Of a stretch of 64,000 bases of DNA, positions 49,906 to 59,447 are shown piece after piece. The stretch covers positions 19,151 to 83,150 of the forward strand of contig JAQIBY010000009.1 in assembly GCA_027858835.1 (NCBI GenBank), in the 5' to 3' direction. Source of the DNA: Bacteroidales bacterium (GTDB lineage Bacteria > Bacteroidota > Bacteroidia > Bacteroidales > ML635J-15). The number at the start of each line of letters is the position of its first letter. Position 1 is the stretch's first letter. The notes beneath the pieces were generated by a model, which was not told the DNA's origin, did no database searches, and saw nothing but the letters and a program-made list of their open reading frames with translations. The position numbers were made by a program, and so were the translations under genes.

Positions 49906-50538
49906 ATGAAAACAATCTTGATTCCTTTTATTGCAATGCTTGCTTTAGTTTCTTGCCAAGGGCAAACAGAAACACAAGCCGAACAAGCAGCTGAAACAGA
50001 AACAACTAAAGATGTGGAAGAAAAATCTGATAAATCCTTTGAATTAACGACATGGGAAGCCTTAGATTTTAATACGGTTGAGTTGTTTGGCACCGACTGG
50101 GCGCTTGTTGCAGCCGGCAATATGGATGATTATAATATGATGACCATCTCTTGGGGTTCCTGGGGTTGGCTTTGGGGAAAACCGGTCAGTAATGTTTATG
50201 TCAGACCACAGCGACATACACACAATTACACCGAGCGTGAAGAATATTTCACCATCTGTTTTTTTAATGATGAAGACAAAGAAGCCCTGAAAAAAATGGG
50301 AAGCGTTTCAGGTCGCGATTTTGATAAGATGAATTATGATAAACTCACCGCTTTCGAAACTAAAAACGGCTCAATTGGGTTTGAAGAAGCCTACCTTGTC
50401 GTTGAGTGCCGAAAAATTTATGCCACGGTATTGCAAGAAGCAGATTTTGTGGATGGTTCACTCGGCGAAAATGTCTATCCCGAAAAGGATTTTCACACGC
50501 ATTATGTCGGTGAGATCACGAATGTTTACTTGAAATAA
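49906..50538 (+). CDS. lipoprotein with a flavin-reductase-like (split-barrel) domain
   Basis: Lipobox (ALVSCQ), then an acidic linker, then a segment (NMMTISWGSWGWLWGKP...YVRPQRHT) resembling the flavin reductase family. Confidence 0.55.
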   Translation: MKTILIPFIAMLALVSCQGQTETQAEQAAETETTKDVEEKSDKSFELTTWEALDFNTVELFGTDWALVAAGNMDDYNMMTISWGSWGWLWGKPVSNVYVRPQRHTHNYTEREEYFTICFFNDEDKEALKKMGSVSGRDFDKMNYDKLTAFETKNGSIGFEEAYLVVECRKIYATVLQEADFVDGSLGENVYPEKDFHTHYVGEITNVYLK

Positions 50539-50740
50539 TTAGTCTCATACATTTTGTTTGTGGAGGTTTTGCCAGAATTTATCCTTTTCACCATGTTTTC
50601 CAATTAATCTCGCATTACAGTTTAATATTAAAGTGTGTACGGGATTAAAACGGGATATTATTTATGGTGTTTTAACCATGAAAGCTTGCACGCCAATTTA
50701 TTAATTAAAAATAGCAGCCTTCCAAAAATAAGCTACCAGT

Positions 50741-50759
50741 AGCCTTCTGAAAGAAGGCT
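50741..50759. other. hairpin AGCCTTC-TGAAA-GAAGGCT
   Basis: 7-bp perfect stem with a 5-nt loop, inside the convergent gap. Confidence 0.4.
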
Positions 50760-50807
50760 TTGTGGGTGGGATTGGCAGACCGCAAGCCAGCGTTGGCTGT
50801 GAATGGT

Positions 50808-50876
50808 GGATTTTTTTGTAAAATCCAGCAGATGCTTTAGACACGTTCTTATTAGATTTTACAAAAATCCAGCAGA
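50808..50876. repeat. two A/T hairpins, each followed by AGCAGA; 13-nt exact direct repeat AAAATCCAGCAGA (50820-50832 and 50864-50876)
   Basis: Hairpin A is GGATTTT-TTTGT-AAAATCC (50808-50826). Hairpin B is GATTTT-ACA-AAAATC (50855-50869). Both were read directly. Confidence 0.6.
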
Positions 50877-50912
50877 GTGGGTATGACTGTCGGTGCTGCC
50901 TTGTCTTTTTTG

Positions 50913-50943
50913 CTTCCTTTTTTTGACTAAGAAAAAAAGGAAG
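50913..50943. terminator. 12-bp perfect hairpin CTTCCTTTTTTT-GACTAAG-AAAAAAAGGAAG downstream of the phosphatase gene
   Basis: It lies 44 nt past the stop of the minus-strand alkaline phosphatase gene. There is no separate trailing U-run, so terminator function is uncertain. Confidence 0.45.
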
Positions 50944-50986
50944 AGAAAATAAAATGCGCTATTCGGGATAAGGAAAAAAGTAAAGA

Positions 50987-52378
50987 CTAATAATCAAACC
51001 CACATGCTTCCATAATTTTTTTTGGGATATCTGTATTGTCGTAACTCCCTGAAAAAAGCATTTGACTGTTCCCGATTGCATAAACGGGGACAGGTTCTGC
51101 CGTATGATCCCAATTTGTAAAACCAACCCCGCTGCGTAAATTCAAAATTTTGTTGCAGGTTTTCAAATATGGATGATATGCTCCGTAATCCATGTGATAA
51201 TCCGGATTATCTTGAGGGTGTTTTGCCAATGCTAACATGGACAATTCCCAATCACTTAAATCATCTATCCCATAAATATCCTCAATCATAGATTTGTCAA
51301 AAGATTTATCAATACTGATTTTTCTGCTGCGATAATAAGACATGCGTTGTTTTTTAAGCATCGCAAAGTCTGTATCATATCCACCGGAAGCATTTCCAAG
51401 GCTTAATCCTCCGGTTTCATGATCTGATGTTACAATAATCAGACATTCATCGGGATGCTCAAGATAAAAATTTAGGGCTTGCTGAACCGCCAAGTCGAAA
51501 TCTGTCATTTCATGAACAATGGTTGCCGCGTCGTTTTCATGACTTGCCCAGTCAATTTTTCCGCCTTCAACCATCATGAAAAATCCCTGGTCATTCATTA
51601 ATTGCTGAATTCCCGCTTTTGTGATATCAGCAAGTGAATATCCGCCCTCATGTGCTCTGTCAATGGCATAAGGCATTTCTGCATCCGAACCTAATATCGG
51701 ATTAACCAACATGACTTTTTCCCCAACATTCAGCGTATCCGGATTAATTGTTTCTCGATAAATTTGATATCCTGCTTTTTCTGCAAGTGCATAAAGATTT
51801 TTATCTGCAAGGCTGTCCGCTTTATGAAAGCCGCCACCGCCGAAAAAATCAAAATCACTATCAATTAAATCCAATCCGATGCTGTAATAATATTTCCGAC
51901 TGTCTTGATTTGCATAAAAGGCTGCGGGGGTTGCATGATTGATGCTTACTGAAGAAACAATTCCGATTTTATATCCTTGATCCTGAAATTTGTAAGCAAT
52001 GCTTTCATATTTTTCTGTTTTATCGGGTGATTTCCCAATGCGACCTATGTTAGTTTTATATCCCGTTGAAATTGCAGTTCCGGCAGCTGCTGAACCTGTA
52101 ATTAGTCGGTTGTTTGCATGAGTTGTTGATATCCCAGTAATGGGTAAAGTATCAAAACTTAGTGCTTCAAATCCCGGCTTGTCTTGTGTTAAACTATGCA
52201 AATAGGCTTCTGTGAGTTTCACATGAGAAATGCCCATGCCATCACCAATAAACAGAAAAACATATTTCGGCGCTTGGGTATCGTTCTCCGTGATTTTTTT
52301 CGTGTTTGTATCTTGACAAGACATGAAAATCAAAGATACAATGCCTATTCCCGAAAAAAGTTTTATAAAATTCGTCAT
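50987..52378 (-). CDS. alkaline phosphatase (PhoA family)
   Basis: Signal peptide, the FIGDGMG active-site region, and the later SDHETGG motif. Confidence 0.9.
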   Translation of the reverse strand: MTNFIKLFSGIGIVSLIFMSCQDTNTKKITENDTQAPKYVFLFIGDGMGISHVKLTEAYLHSLTQDKPGFEALSFDTLPITGISTTHANNRLITGSAAAGTAISTGYKTNIGRIGKSPDKTEKYESIAYKFQDQGYKIGIVSSVSINHATPAAFYANQDSRKYYYSIGLDLIDSDFDFFGGGGFHKADSLADKNLYALAEKAGYQIYRETINPDTLNVGEKVMLVNPILGSDAEMPYAIDRAHEGGYSLADITKAGIQQLMNDQGFFMMVEGGKIDWASHENDAATIVHEMTDFDLAVQQALNFYLEHPDECLIIVTSDHETGGLSLGNASGGYDTDFAMLKKQRMSYYRSRKISIDKSFDKSMIEDIYGIDDLSDWELSMLALAKHPQDNPDYHMDYGAYHPYLKTCNKILNLRSGVGFTNWDHTAEPVPVYAIGNSQMLFSGSYDNTDIPKKIMEACGFDY

Positions 52379-52485
52379 AACTTGCGCTTAAGTATTAAAT
52401 TTGTCAAACAATTAAGATGTAAAATTAATTGTTTTAAGCGAAATTGATTCAATTACAGGATTATTAAATGATTAAATATTGATTT

Positions 52486-53955
52486 ATGAGTCTGAAAATT
52501 TACAATACCTTGTCTCGTAAGAAAGAAGATTTCCAACCGATAAACCCACCTTTTGTTGGGCTCTATGTTTGTGGACCAACCGTTTACGGAGATGCGCACT
52601 TAGGACATGCACGCCCTGGTATTACCTTTGATGTGTTGTATCGCTTTTTAAAATTTTCAGAGTATAAAGTAAGATATGTGCGAAACATCACCGATGTCGG
52701 GCATTTAGAAAATGATGCAGATGAAGGGGAGGATAAGATTGCAAAAAAAGCGCGTCTCGAGGAATTAGAGCCGATGGAAGTTGTGTTTTATTACATGAGA
52801 CGCTATCATAAAAACATGGATCAATTGAATGTATTGCGTCCTGATATTGAACCGCAAGCATCAGCCCATATTCTTGAGCAAATTGAAATGGTGCAACAAA
52901 TTTTGGACAGTGGATATGCTTATGAATCTGATGGTTCTGTTTATTTTGACGTGAAAAAATATGCAAAGGATTATGATTACGGAAAACTTAGCGGCCGAAA
53001 AATTGACGACTTGTTGAGCACAACACGTGTACTCGACGGACAAAGTGAGAAACGCAATAGTGCTGATTTTGCGTTGTGGAAAAAAGCAGCTCCGAGTCAT
53101 ATTATGCGCTGGAATTCTCCCTGGGGCGAAGGCTTTCCTGGTTGGCACATGGAATGCTCCGTGATGAGCACCAAATATCTCGGCGAAACCTTTGACATTC
53201 ACGGTGGCGGAATTGATTTATTGTTTCCGCATCATGAATGTGAGATTGCACAATCAACTGCTGCCCAAGGAAAAGAATCCGTTAAATATTGGATTCATAA
53301 TAACCTGATTACCATTAACGGACAGAAAATGGGAAAATCGCTGGGAAATTTCATTACCCTCGATGAATTGTTTGCCGGAACACATAAAGCATTGGAGCAG
53401 GCTTATCATCCGATGACGGTTCGCTTTTTTATTTTGCAAGCACACTATCGCGGAACGCTTGATTTCTCAAATGAAGCCTTACAGGCTGCCGAAAAAGGAT
53501 TTAAACGTTTAATGCGTGCTTATCAGCAGATTGACAAGCTTCAAGCTTCCGACCAAAGCAGCATTTCCGTTGAAGGTATTCGTAAAAAATGCATGGATGC
53601 ACTGAATGATGATTTGAACACACCGATACTGATTTCGCATTTATTTGATGCCGTAAAACTCATCGGTAATATTGAAACCGGCAGTGAAAGCATCAACGAA
53701 ACGGATAAATCAGCCTTGAAAAAGCTTTTTCAAGACTTTGCAATTGAAATTTTAGGATTAATTCCCGAAGAAGAGGCTGCTGGAGAAAGCTCAGGAGACA
53801 GACTTAAATCTGTTGTCGATTTATTGTTAGATGTACGCTTGAATAGTAAAAACAATAAAGATTGGGCAACCTCAGATTTAATCCGCGATAAGCTCAAAGA
53901 AGCAGGAATTATTGTAAGAGATAAAAAAGACGGTTACGATTGGGAACTGGAATAA
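52486..53955 (+). CDS. cysS: cysteine--tRNA ligase
   Basis: Class I motifs HLGHAR (HIGH) and KMGKS (KMSKS), with the typical CysRS N-terminus ([11 protein letters not shown]). Confidence 0.95.
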   Translation: MSLKIYNTLSRKKEDFQPINPPFVGLYVCGPTVYGDAHLGHARPGITFDVLYRFLKFSEYKVRYVRNITDVGHLENDADEGEDKIAKKARLEELEPMEVVFYYMRRYHKNMDQLNVLRPDIEPQASAHILEQIEMVQQILDSGYAYESDGSVYFDVKKYAKDYDYGKLSGRKIDDLLSTTRVLDGQSEKRNSADFALWKKAAPSHIMRWNSPWGEGFPGWHMECSVMSTKYLGETFDIHGGGIDLLFPHHECEIAQSTAAQGKESVKYWIHNNLITINGQKMGKSLGNFITLDELFAGTHKALEQAYHPMTVRFFILQAHYRGTLDFSNEALQAAEKGFKRLMRAYQQIDKLQASDQSSISVEGIRKKCMDALNDDLNTPILISHLFDAVKLIGNIETGSESINETDKSALKKLFQDFAIEILGLIPEEEAAGESSGDRLKSVVDLLLDVRLNSKNNKDWATSDLIRDKLKEAGIIVRDKKDGYDWELE

Positions 53956-53971
53956 GTATAAGTCAACTATT

Positions 53972-54295
53972 ATGAAAAACTCTGATTACAAATTAAATCA
54001 CAAAGTGGTTTCTTTACTTGTTATAGGACATATAGTGTTTATGTTACTCGGAATTTTTGCTCAAATTTATGAAATGGATAGTGCACATTTTTTTCTGTCA
54101 GCTGCAATCACTTTCTTTTTTTCAAGTTGGCTTATCATCTTAAGTGATTTGGTGAAACAAAAGGTATTCAACAAATCATTTTGGATTTTGGCAATGTTTA
54201 TAACACCATCAATTGCTATGGTTTCTTACATTTTCATGCGAAATCGTGTAATAAGGCTTGGAGAAAAAATAAATAAAGCACAGAATCTTATTTAA
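53972..54295 (+). CDS. small three-TM membrane protein (PLDc_N-like C-terminal helix)
   Basis: 107 aa with three hydrophobic helices. No further assignment. Confidence 0.5.
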   Translation: MKNSDYKLNHKVVSLLVIGHIVFMLLGIFAQIYEMDSAHFFLSAAITFFFSSWLIILSDLVKQKVFNKSFWILAMFITPSIAMVSYIFMRNRVIRLGEKINKAQNLI

Positions 54296-54407
54296 TTTAG
54301 TTAAACAAATTTTCGGATAATCTGTTTTACTTGTACTTGGTCTTTGGATTAAAATCACTTATTTATTATTGAACTATTAACATCCTGAAAGGGAGAATTT
54401 TACTATT

Positions 54408-54623
54408 ATGAAAATTACAAAAGATATTACCATTGAAGATTTAGTGGAAAGCTTGCCGGATTCTATCGGCTACCTTGCTGATGAAGGAATTCGTTGTTTA
54501 CGTTGTGGCGAACCAATTTGGGGAACACTTGAAGAAGCTGCAAGAGAAAAGGGTTTTGATGAAGATAAAATTCAAAGCTTTGTTAAAGACTTACAGGTAA
54601 TGGCTGATAAAGCCGGGAAGTAA
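54408..54623 (+). CDS. DUF1858-domain protein
   Basis: 71 aa. The pattern ITKDITIEDLVESLP...L...G..CLRCGEP.WGTLEEAA matches DUF1858 (ScdA_N-like) as I remember it. Confidence 0.65.
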   Translation: MKITKDITIEDLVESLPDSIGYLADEGIRCLRCGEPIWGTLEEAAREKGFDEDKIQSFVKDLQVMADKAGK

Positions 54624-54708
54624 ATTTTATAGGCTTATTACTTAAATTGAACATCAAGACTTGAAAAACAATTTCAATAAGTTTCTGAAATTTATTTTAG
54701 TGACTGAA

Positions 54709-55788
54709 TTATCTATTCGTAAGAATGTTAAATAGTGGTTCGTTAATGTAATAATTACCGACACCAAGCTTTTTTTTTGTTAATAATCCATCATCTGCTA
54801 ATTTGTTCAAATAGTTAGCTGCGGTTATTCTTGATACATTCAAATCATTAACAAGAAATTCAATTTTAGTATAAGGATGTTTAAATAAGTTGTTTAATAA
54901 ATCTTGACTGTAAAATTTATAATTTTCACGTATCTTATGTTTGTAATCCATCATAAGGTTACTAATCAATTTAATTAAGTCAATTGTTTCCCTAGAAGTT
55001 TGCTCTATTCCTGTTATTATAAACAGTAGCCATTCTTCCCAAGAATCTGTTTCCCTAACGTCTTGGAGTAATCGATAATAATCCGGTTTATTTTTTATTA
55101 TATAACTGCTTAAGTAAAGGATTGGCAAATTTTGTAGTTTTTCTATTATCAAATACAAAATGTTAATAATTCTTCCAGTTCGACCATTTCCATCGTAAAA
55201 TGGATGAATGCTTTCAAATTGATAATGAATAATCGCCATTTTAATTAATGGGTCTAATTCATATTTATCTTGGCTATTAATGAATTCTTCTAAATTACTC
55301 ATTAATCGGTTAACCTCTTTATAATCTTGTGGTGGAGTATAAACAACTTCACCTGTCTCGGCTTTTTTCAATTCAGTTCCAGGAAGTCTTCTAAATCCAG
55401 CATTATTTCCTTCTAACTCTTTTTGTATTTTTATTATGATATTATTGGTAATAAAGCCGTTTTGTGAGACTAATTCAAATCCTTTTTTTATTGCGGTCAC
55501 ATAATTTTGAACCTCCTTAGCATTTAAAGATAAAAAAGAGTCGAAATTCAACTCCGATTTGTATAAATCATCATGTGTAGTAATAATATTTTCAATCGCT
55601 GAACTATCCTTTGCTTCTTGCATTCCAAGCGTATTAATTAAAATGCTTTGGTTGGGTATATTAGATGCTATTCCTTTCAGCTCTGCAAGCGCTGCATGAG
55701 CAGAAGCTAATTTTTTTAGCACCTTTTTGGTTTCAACATCCTTATTTAGCGGCAATTCTTTTAAAGCCCAATTATTATCCAAGCTCAT
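54709..55788 (-). CDS. Fic-family protein (class II; probable AMPylase) with a C-terminal winged-helix-like domain
   Basis: Fic motif HPFYDGNGRTGR. N-terminal inhibitory-helix motif SSAIEN ((S/T)xxxE(G/N)). The C-terminal LNVSRITAANYLNKL is HTH-like. Confidence 0.9.
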   Translation of the reverse strand: MSLDNNWALKELPLNKDVETKKVLKKLASAHAALAELKGIASNIPNQSILINTLGMQEAKDSSAIENIITTHDDLYKSELNFDSFLSLNAKEVQNYVTAIKKGFELVSQNGFITNNIIIKIQKELEGNNAGFRRLPGTELKKAETGEVVYTPPQDYKEVNRLMSNLEEFINSQDKYELDPLIKMAIIHYQFESIHPFYDGNGRTGRIINILYLIIEKLQNLPILYLSSYIIKNKPDYYRLLQDVRETDSWEEWLLFIITGIEQTSRETIDLIKLISNLMMDYKHKIRENYKFYSQDLLNNLFKHPYTKIEFLVNDLNVSRITAANYLNKLADDGLLTKKKLGVGNYYINEPLFNILTNR

Positions 55789-55790
55789 AG

Positions 55791-55899
55791 TGTAAGGTTT
55801 TTTTGATTTTCTTTACAAAGATAGCTCATTATGTAAAGAAAACCTAATTTTCTTTACATAAGCCATGGTTAATGTAAAGTTTTTTTGATTTTCTTTACA
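55791..55899 (-). promoter_or_regulatory. three phased 27-bp palindromic operators, TGTAA(A/G)G-N13-CTTTACA, upstream of fic
   Basis: P1 55791-55817 (1 mismatch), P2 55842-55868 (perfect), P3 55873-55899 (perfect). The 29-mers containing P1 and P3 match at 28 of 29 positions. Centres are spaced 51 and 31 bp apart. Confidence 0.6.
55816..55823 (-). promoter_or_regulatory. candidate -7 box (TATCTTTG on the minus strand) for fic
   Basis: The plus strand reads CAAAGATA. It overlaps the right half-site of palindrome P1 and lies 28 nt upstream of the fic ATG. Confidence 0.4.
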
Positions 55900-56024
55900 A
55901 ATTACACATTATGTATCGCTCTTTATGTCCCTCATGAATATTGCGGGTTAGTATATTAAAAAAGAAGCAAAGATGAAATTTTGTCGATTTTTGCCTAATG
56001 TTTCGCTTTCTCCGCTTGCTTCAC

Positions 56025-56032
56025 TAAATTTG
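56025..56032 (+). promoter_or_regulatory. candidate -7 box (TAAATTTG) for hemW
   Basis: Exact TAnnTTTG match ending 4 nt before the ATG at 56037. Confidence 0.3.
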
Positions 56033-56036
56033 TCCC

Positions 56037-57149
56037 ATGGCAGGAGTCTATTTACATATTCCATTTTGCAGACGGAAATGCGCATATTGCGATTTTTACT
56101 CCGTTGCAAGACCGGCATTAATGGAGCCTTTTATTGAGGCATTGAAGCAGGAAATCCGACAAACGCAAATCCAAGAAACGGTTAATACAATTTATTTTGG
56201 TGGCGGAACCCCCTCAATGCTACCTGAAAATGCAATAGTAGCCATTTTGAAATTAATTTCAGAGCAATTTGAGCTTTCTGAAAATGCAGAAATTACACTT
56301 GAAGTAAACCCTGAAGATGTCATAGCTAATCGTCTTAAAATGTGGCGCGAATCAGGGGTTAATCGATTAAGTATCGGACTTCAATCTTTGGATGATAATC
56401 AGCTGAAGCAATTAAAACGGAATCATTCAGCAAAAGAAGCGCTAAAAAGCATTGAATTATCACTTCAATCAGGTTTTGTAAATATCTCTGCAGATTTAAT
56501 TTACGGACTTCCAAATTTAGAATTATCACATTGGGAACAAAGCATTCGTACGGTATTAAACAGCGGCATTACACATTTATCTGCTTACCACTTGAGTTTA
56601 GAGCCAAATACCCTGATGTTTAAACAAGTGAAGAAAAATCAAATTCACTTACCAGAAGAAGAAGAAAGTGAAAATCAATTTAATGCATTGTTTCAGATTA
56701 CTGAGTCTAGGGGCTTTCCATGGTATGAAATTAGTAATTTTGCAAAGCCGGGTTTTGAAAGCAAACACAATTCAGCTTATTGGGACGGAACTCAGTATTA
56801 TGGGTTTGGACCGTCTGCACATTCATTTGATGGAAATTCAATTCGCCGATGGAATCATTCCGACATTAAGGCATACATTGATAATCCTGGGAAAGTTATA
56901 TCACAGGAACGACTCAGTCAAAATGACAAAATCAATGATTATTTGATAACCTCAATTCGTACACGTAAAGGAATAGACATAAATGATTTTTATAGCCGTT
57001 TTCCAAGGACCGATACAGACTATCTTGCTGGGAAATTTAACACACTCATAAACAGGGGTTTGATGCAAAATGTTGACATGGTGTATAGACTTAAACCATC
57101 AGGATTATTCCTTTCGGATGCAATCTTGAAAGATATTCTATATATTTAA
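56037..57149 (+). CDS. hemW: radical SAM heme chaperone HemW (HemN-like)
   Basis: N-terminal YLHIPFCRRKCAYCDF (CxxxCxxC) and ~370 aa, typical of HemW. Confidence 0.9.
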   Translation: MAGVYLHIPFCRRKCAYCDFYSVARPALMEPFIEALKQEIRQTQIQETVNTIYFGGGTPSMLPENAIVAILKLISEQFELSENAEITLEVNPEDVIANRLKMWRESGVNRLSIGLQSLDDNQLKQLKRNHSAKEALKSIELSLQSGFVNISADLIYGLPNLELSHWEQSIRTVLNSGITHLSAYHLSLEPNTLMFKQVKKNQIHLPEEEESENQFNALFQITESRGFPWYEISNFAKPGFESKHNSAYWDGTQYYGFGPSAHSFDGNSIRRWNHSDIKAYIDNPGKVISQERLSQNDKINDYLITSIRTRKGIDINDFYSRFPRTDTDYLAGKFNTLINRGLMQNVDMVYRLKPSGLFLSDAILKDILYI

Positions 57150-57171
57150 CGAAAATTAAACGAATTTTCTC

Positions 57172-58347
57172 ATGATGAACTTAAGAAAGAAAAACAGCTG
57201 GTTTGCCTCTGTCCCTGTATTCTTGGCATTTTTGTGTATGGGTTTTGGCGATGTCGCTGGAACATTGACAGATTTGGTGAAAGATGAGTATGAATTGAGT
57301 AATTTCATGGCAGGATTTATTCCCTTTTCAGGGTTTATAATGTTTGGAGTTTTATCGGTTCCTTTTGCCCTAATTATGGCAAGGAATTCTAAAAATCTCA
57401 TTCTAAGCATCGGATTGTTTATCGCATTTCTCGGATTAATTATCCCGACGGTTTTTGGATTTTCACTTTTTGTCGTGATTTTACTTTCAATATTATTACT
57501 GGGAGCAGGTGCTGCTTTGTTGCAAGTTGCCGGAAATCCAATCATGAAAGATGTGTCGCCTGAAGGGAAATATTCACGGAATTTGTCTTTCGGACAATTT
57601 GTGAAAGCCATCGGATCGCTTTCCGGAGCCCTGATTCCTGCCGCTGCTGCCATGTGGTGGGGAATGGATTGGAAAATTTTGTTTCCGATTTATAGTGTTG
57701 CTTTAGCTGTCGCTTTTATATTGCTGATATTTAGCAAAATAAATGAAGAAAAAACGATTGGTAATCTGCCGAGTTTTACATCTTGTTTTAAATTGTTGGG
57801 ACAAAATAAAAACATTGCCCTGATTGTTTTGGGGATTTTCGTTTACGTCGGAGCTGAGGTCAGTATGGCATCAAAATTACCCAGTTACTTAGAATTAAAT
57901 TTTGGTTTGAAAATCGAAGAGCTCGGAGTTGCCAGTGTCGGCTTGTTTTTTCTTAGTATCATGACAGGTCGTTTTTTGGGTGGACTTATTTTGAATTGGA
58001 TTCAAGCTCGAACATTTCTTGTTATTTCAGCCTTACTTTCGCTTGTTGGAATCGCAGGTTTATTTATCGGCATTCAGTCGGTTGCAATCGTTTCAATTGT
58101 TATCATTGGCTTAGGTTTTGCAAATGTTTTTCCCTTGGTATTTTCCATTACGGTTGAAAAATATCCGGGGAAAACCAATGAACTTTCCGGACTTATGGTT
58201 ACAGCCATTGTCGGTGGTGCTGTTATCCCTGTCATCACAGGGTTTGTTGCCGATCAAATCAGCATAACAATGAGTTTTATCGTTCCTGCGATTGCCTTGA
58301 TTTATGTACTGTATTTGGGATTAACACAATTAAAACCAAGTGTCTAA
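57172..58347 (+). CDS. MFS sugar transporter (FucP / glucose-galactose type)
   Basis: 391 aa, about 12 TM helices, FucP-like N-terminus. Confidence 0.8.
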   Translation: MMNLRKKNSWFASVPVFLAFLCMGFGDVAGTLTDLVKDEYELSNFMAGFIPFSGFIMFGVLSVPFALIMARNSKNLILSIGLFIAFLGLIIPTVFGFSLFVVILLSILLLGAGAALLQVAGNPIMKDVSPEGKYSRNLSFGQFVKAIGSLSGALIPAAAAMWWGMDWKILFPIYSVALAVAFILLIFSKINEEKTIGNLPSFTSCFKLLGQNKNIALIVLGIFVYVGAEVSMASKLPSYLELNFGLKIEELGVASVGLFFLSIMTGRFLGGLILNWIQARTFLVISALLSLVGIAGLFIGIQSVAIVSIVIIGLGFANVFPLVFSITVEKYPGKTNELSGLMVTAIVGGAVIPVITGFVADQISITMSFIVPAIALIYVLYLGLTQLKPSV

Positions 58348-59447
58348 TGGAAAAGTCAGAATTTTGTATTTTAAGTTTAGATGCAGGAGGAACTAATTTT
58401 GTTTTTTCTGCACTAAAAAACGAGAACCAAATCGGTGAGAATATTATAACTCCTTCTTATGGGGATAATTTGGATCAAAGTCTGAAATCCATTATTTCAG
58501 GATTTGAGCAATTAGCGTTTCAGGTTGAAAATAAATTTCATGCCATCAGCTTTGCATTTCCGGGACCTAGTGACTATGAACATGGCATTATCGGAGATTT
58601 AGGAAATCTACCGGCATATCGTGGTGGAGTTGCTTTAGGACCTATGCTGGAAAAACATTTTAAAGTGCCTGTTTTTATTAATAATGATGGGGATTTATTC
58701 ACCTTCGGAGAAGCATTTGCAGGAGCCTTGCCCGAAATTAACAAACGGGTAAAAACACTCGACAGTAAAAAGCAATATAAAAACCTTATCGGGATAACGC
58801 TGGGAACCGGCTTTGGATTAGGTGTTGTTAATGACGGGAAAATGCTTCGTGGCGATAACTCCATGCCGGCGGAAGTCTGGTTGTTGAGAAACTATCCCGA
58901 CAACACTTACAATATCGAAGAATCTATCAGCATACGTGGGATTGTACGCAATTATAATCAGGAAATTCAGTCGAATGAAAGCATAAATCCCTTGGGAATT
59001 TACAAAATAGCAATCGGAGAAATGCAAGGAAATAAGCTCGCTGCAATTAAAGCTTTTGAAAGTTTTGGAGAAAGTCTCGGAGATACTATGGCAAGTTTAA
59101 TCAGCATTTTTGATGCGAATTTAGTGATTGGCGGCGGACTTGCAGGAGCCTGGGATTTGTTTATGCCCTCAGCTATGAAAGCAATGAAATCTGAATTTAT
59201 CACCCCCGAAGCACAAAAGATTCCACGCTTGACACATCAAGTGTTTAATCTTGAGAATGATAAGGAATTTGTAAAATTTGCCGCAGGAGAACAAACCGAA
59301 ATTAGTATCCCTTTCTCAAATGAGCGCATGAATTATGATAAAATGTCCCGTGTTGGAGTCATAAAATCTCGCTTAGGAACATCAAATGCCGTTTCCTTGG
59401 GAGCATATCACTTTGCCATCTCAAAGCTTTTGTCTGATAAAGCATAA
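58347..59447 (+). CDS. ROK-family sugar kinase
   Basis: LDAGGTN ATP-binding motif and FINNDGD. The start overlaps the stop of the MFS gene, suggesting an operon. Confidence 0.8.
   Translation: MEKSEFCILSLDAGGTNFVFSALKNENQIGENIITPSYGDNLDQSLKSIISGFEQLAFQVENKFHAISFAFPGPSDYEHGIIGDLGNLPAYRGGVALGPMLEKHFKVPVFINNDGDLFTFGEAFAGALPEINKRVKTLDSKKQYKNLIGITLGTGFGLGVVNDGKMLRGDNSMPAEVWLLRNYPDNTYNIEESISIRGIVRNYNQEIQSNESINPLGIYKIAIGEMQGNKLAAIKAFESFGESLGDTMASLISIFDANLVIGGGLAGAWDLFMPSAMKAMKSEFITPEAQKIPRLTHQVFNLENDKEFVKFAAGEQTEISIPFSNERMNYDKMSRVGVIKSRLGTSNAVSLGAYHFAISKLLSDKA

Noticed and set aside
50803-50886. A 27-codon ORF (MVDFFVKSSRCFRHVLIRFYKNPAEWV) spans the duplicated hairpins.
   Set aside because: Its internal similarity simply reflects the nucleotide repeat. 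There is no promoter box or other support, and it is too short to assess.
55791-55901. Could the repeated 29-mers upstream of fic be a mini-CRISPR array?
   Set aside because: There are only two near-identical copies plus one related palindrome. The spacers are unequal, the units sit directly on a promoter, and no cas genes are present. An operator array explains them better.
57156-57653. A 165-aa minus-strand ORF overlaps the start of the MFS transporter gene.
   Set aside because: It is antisense to a well-supported 12-TM transporter gene and has a low-complexity P/A/N-rich sequence with no motifs.
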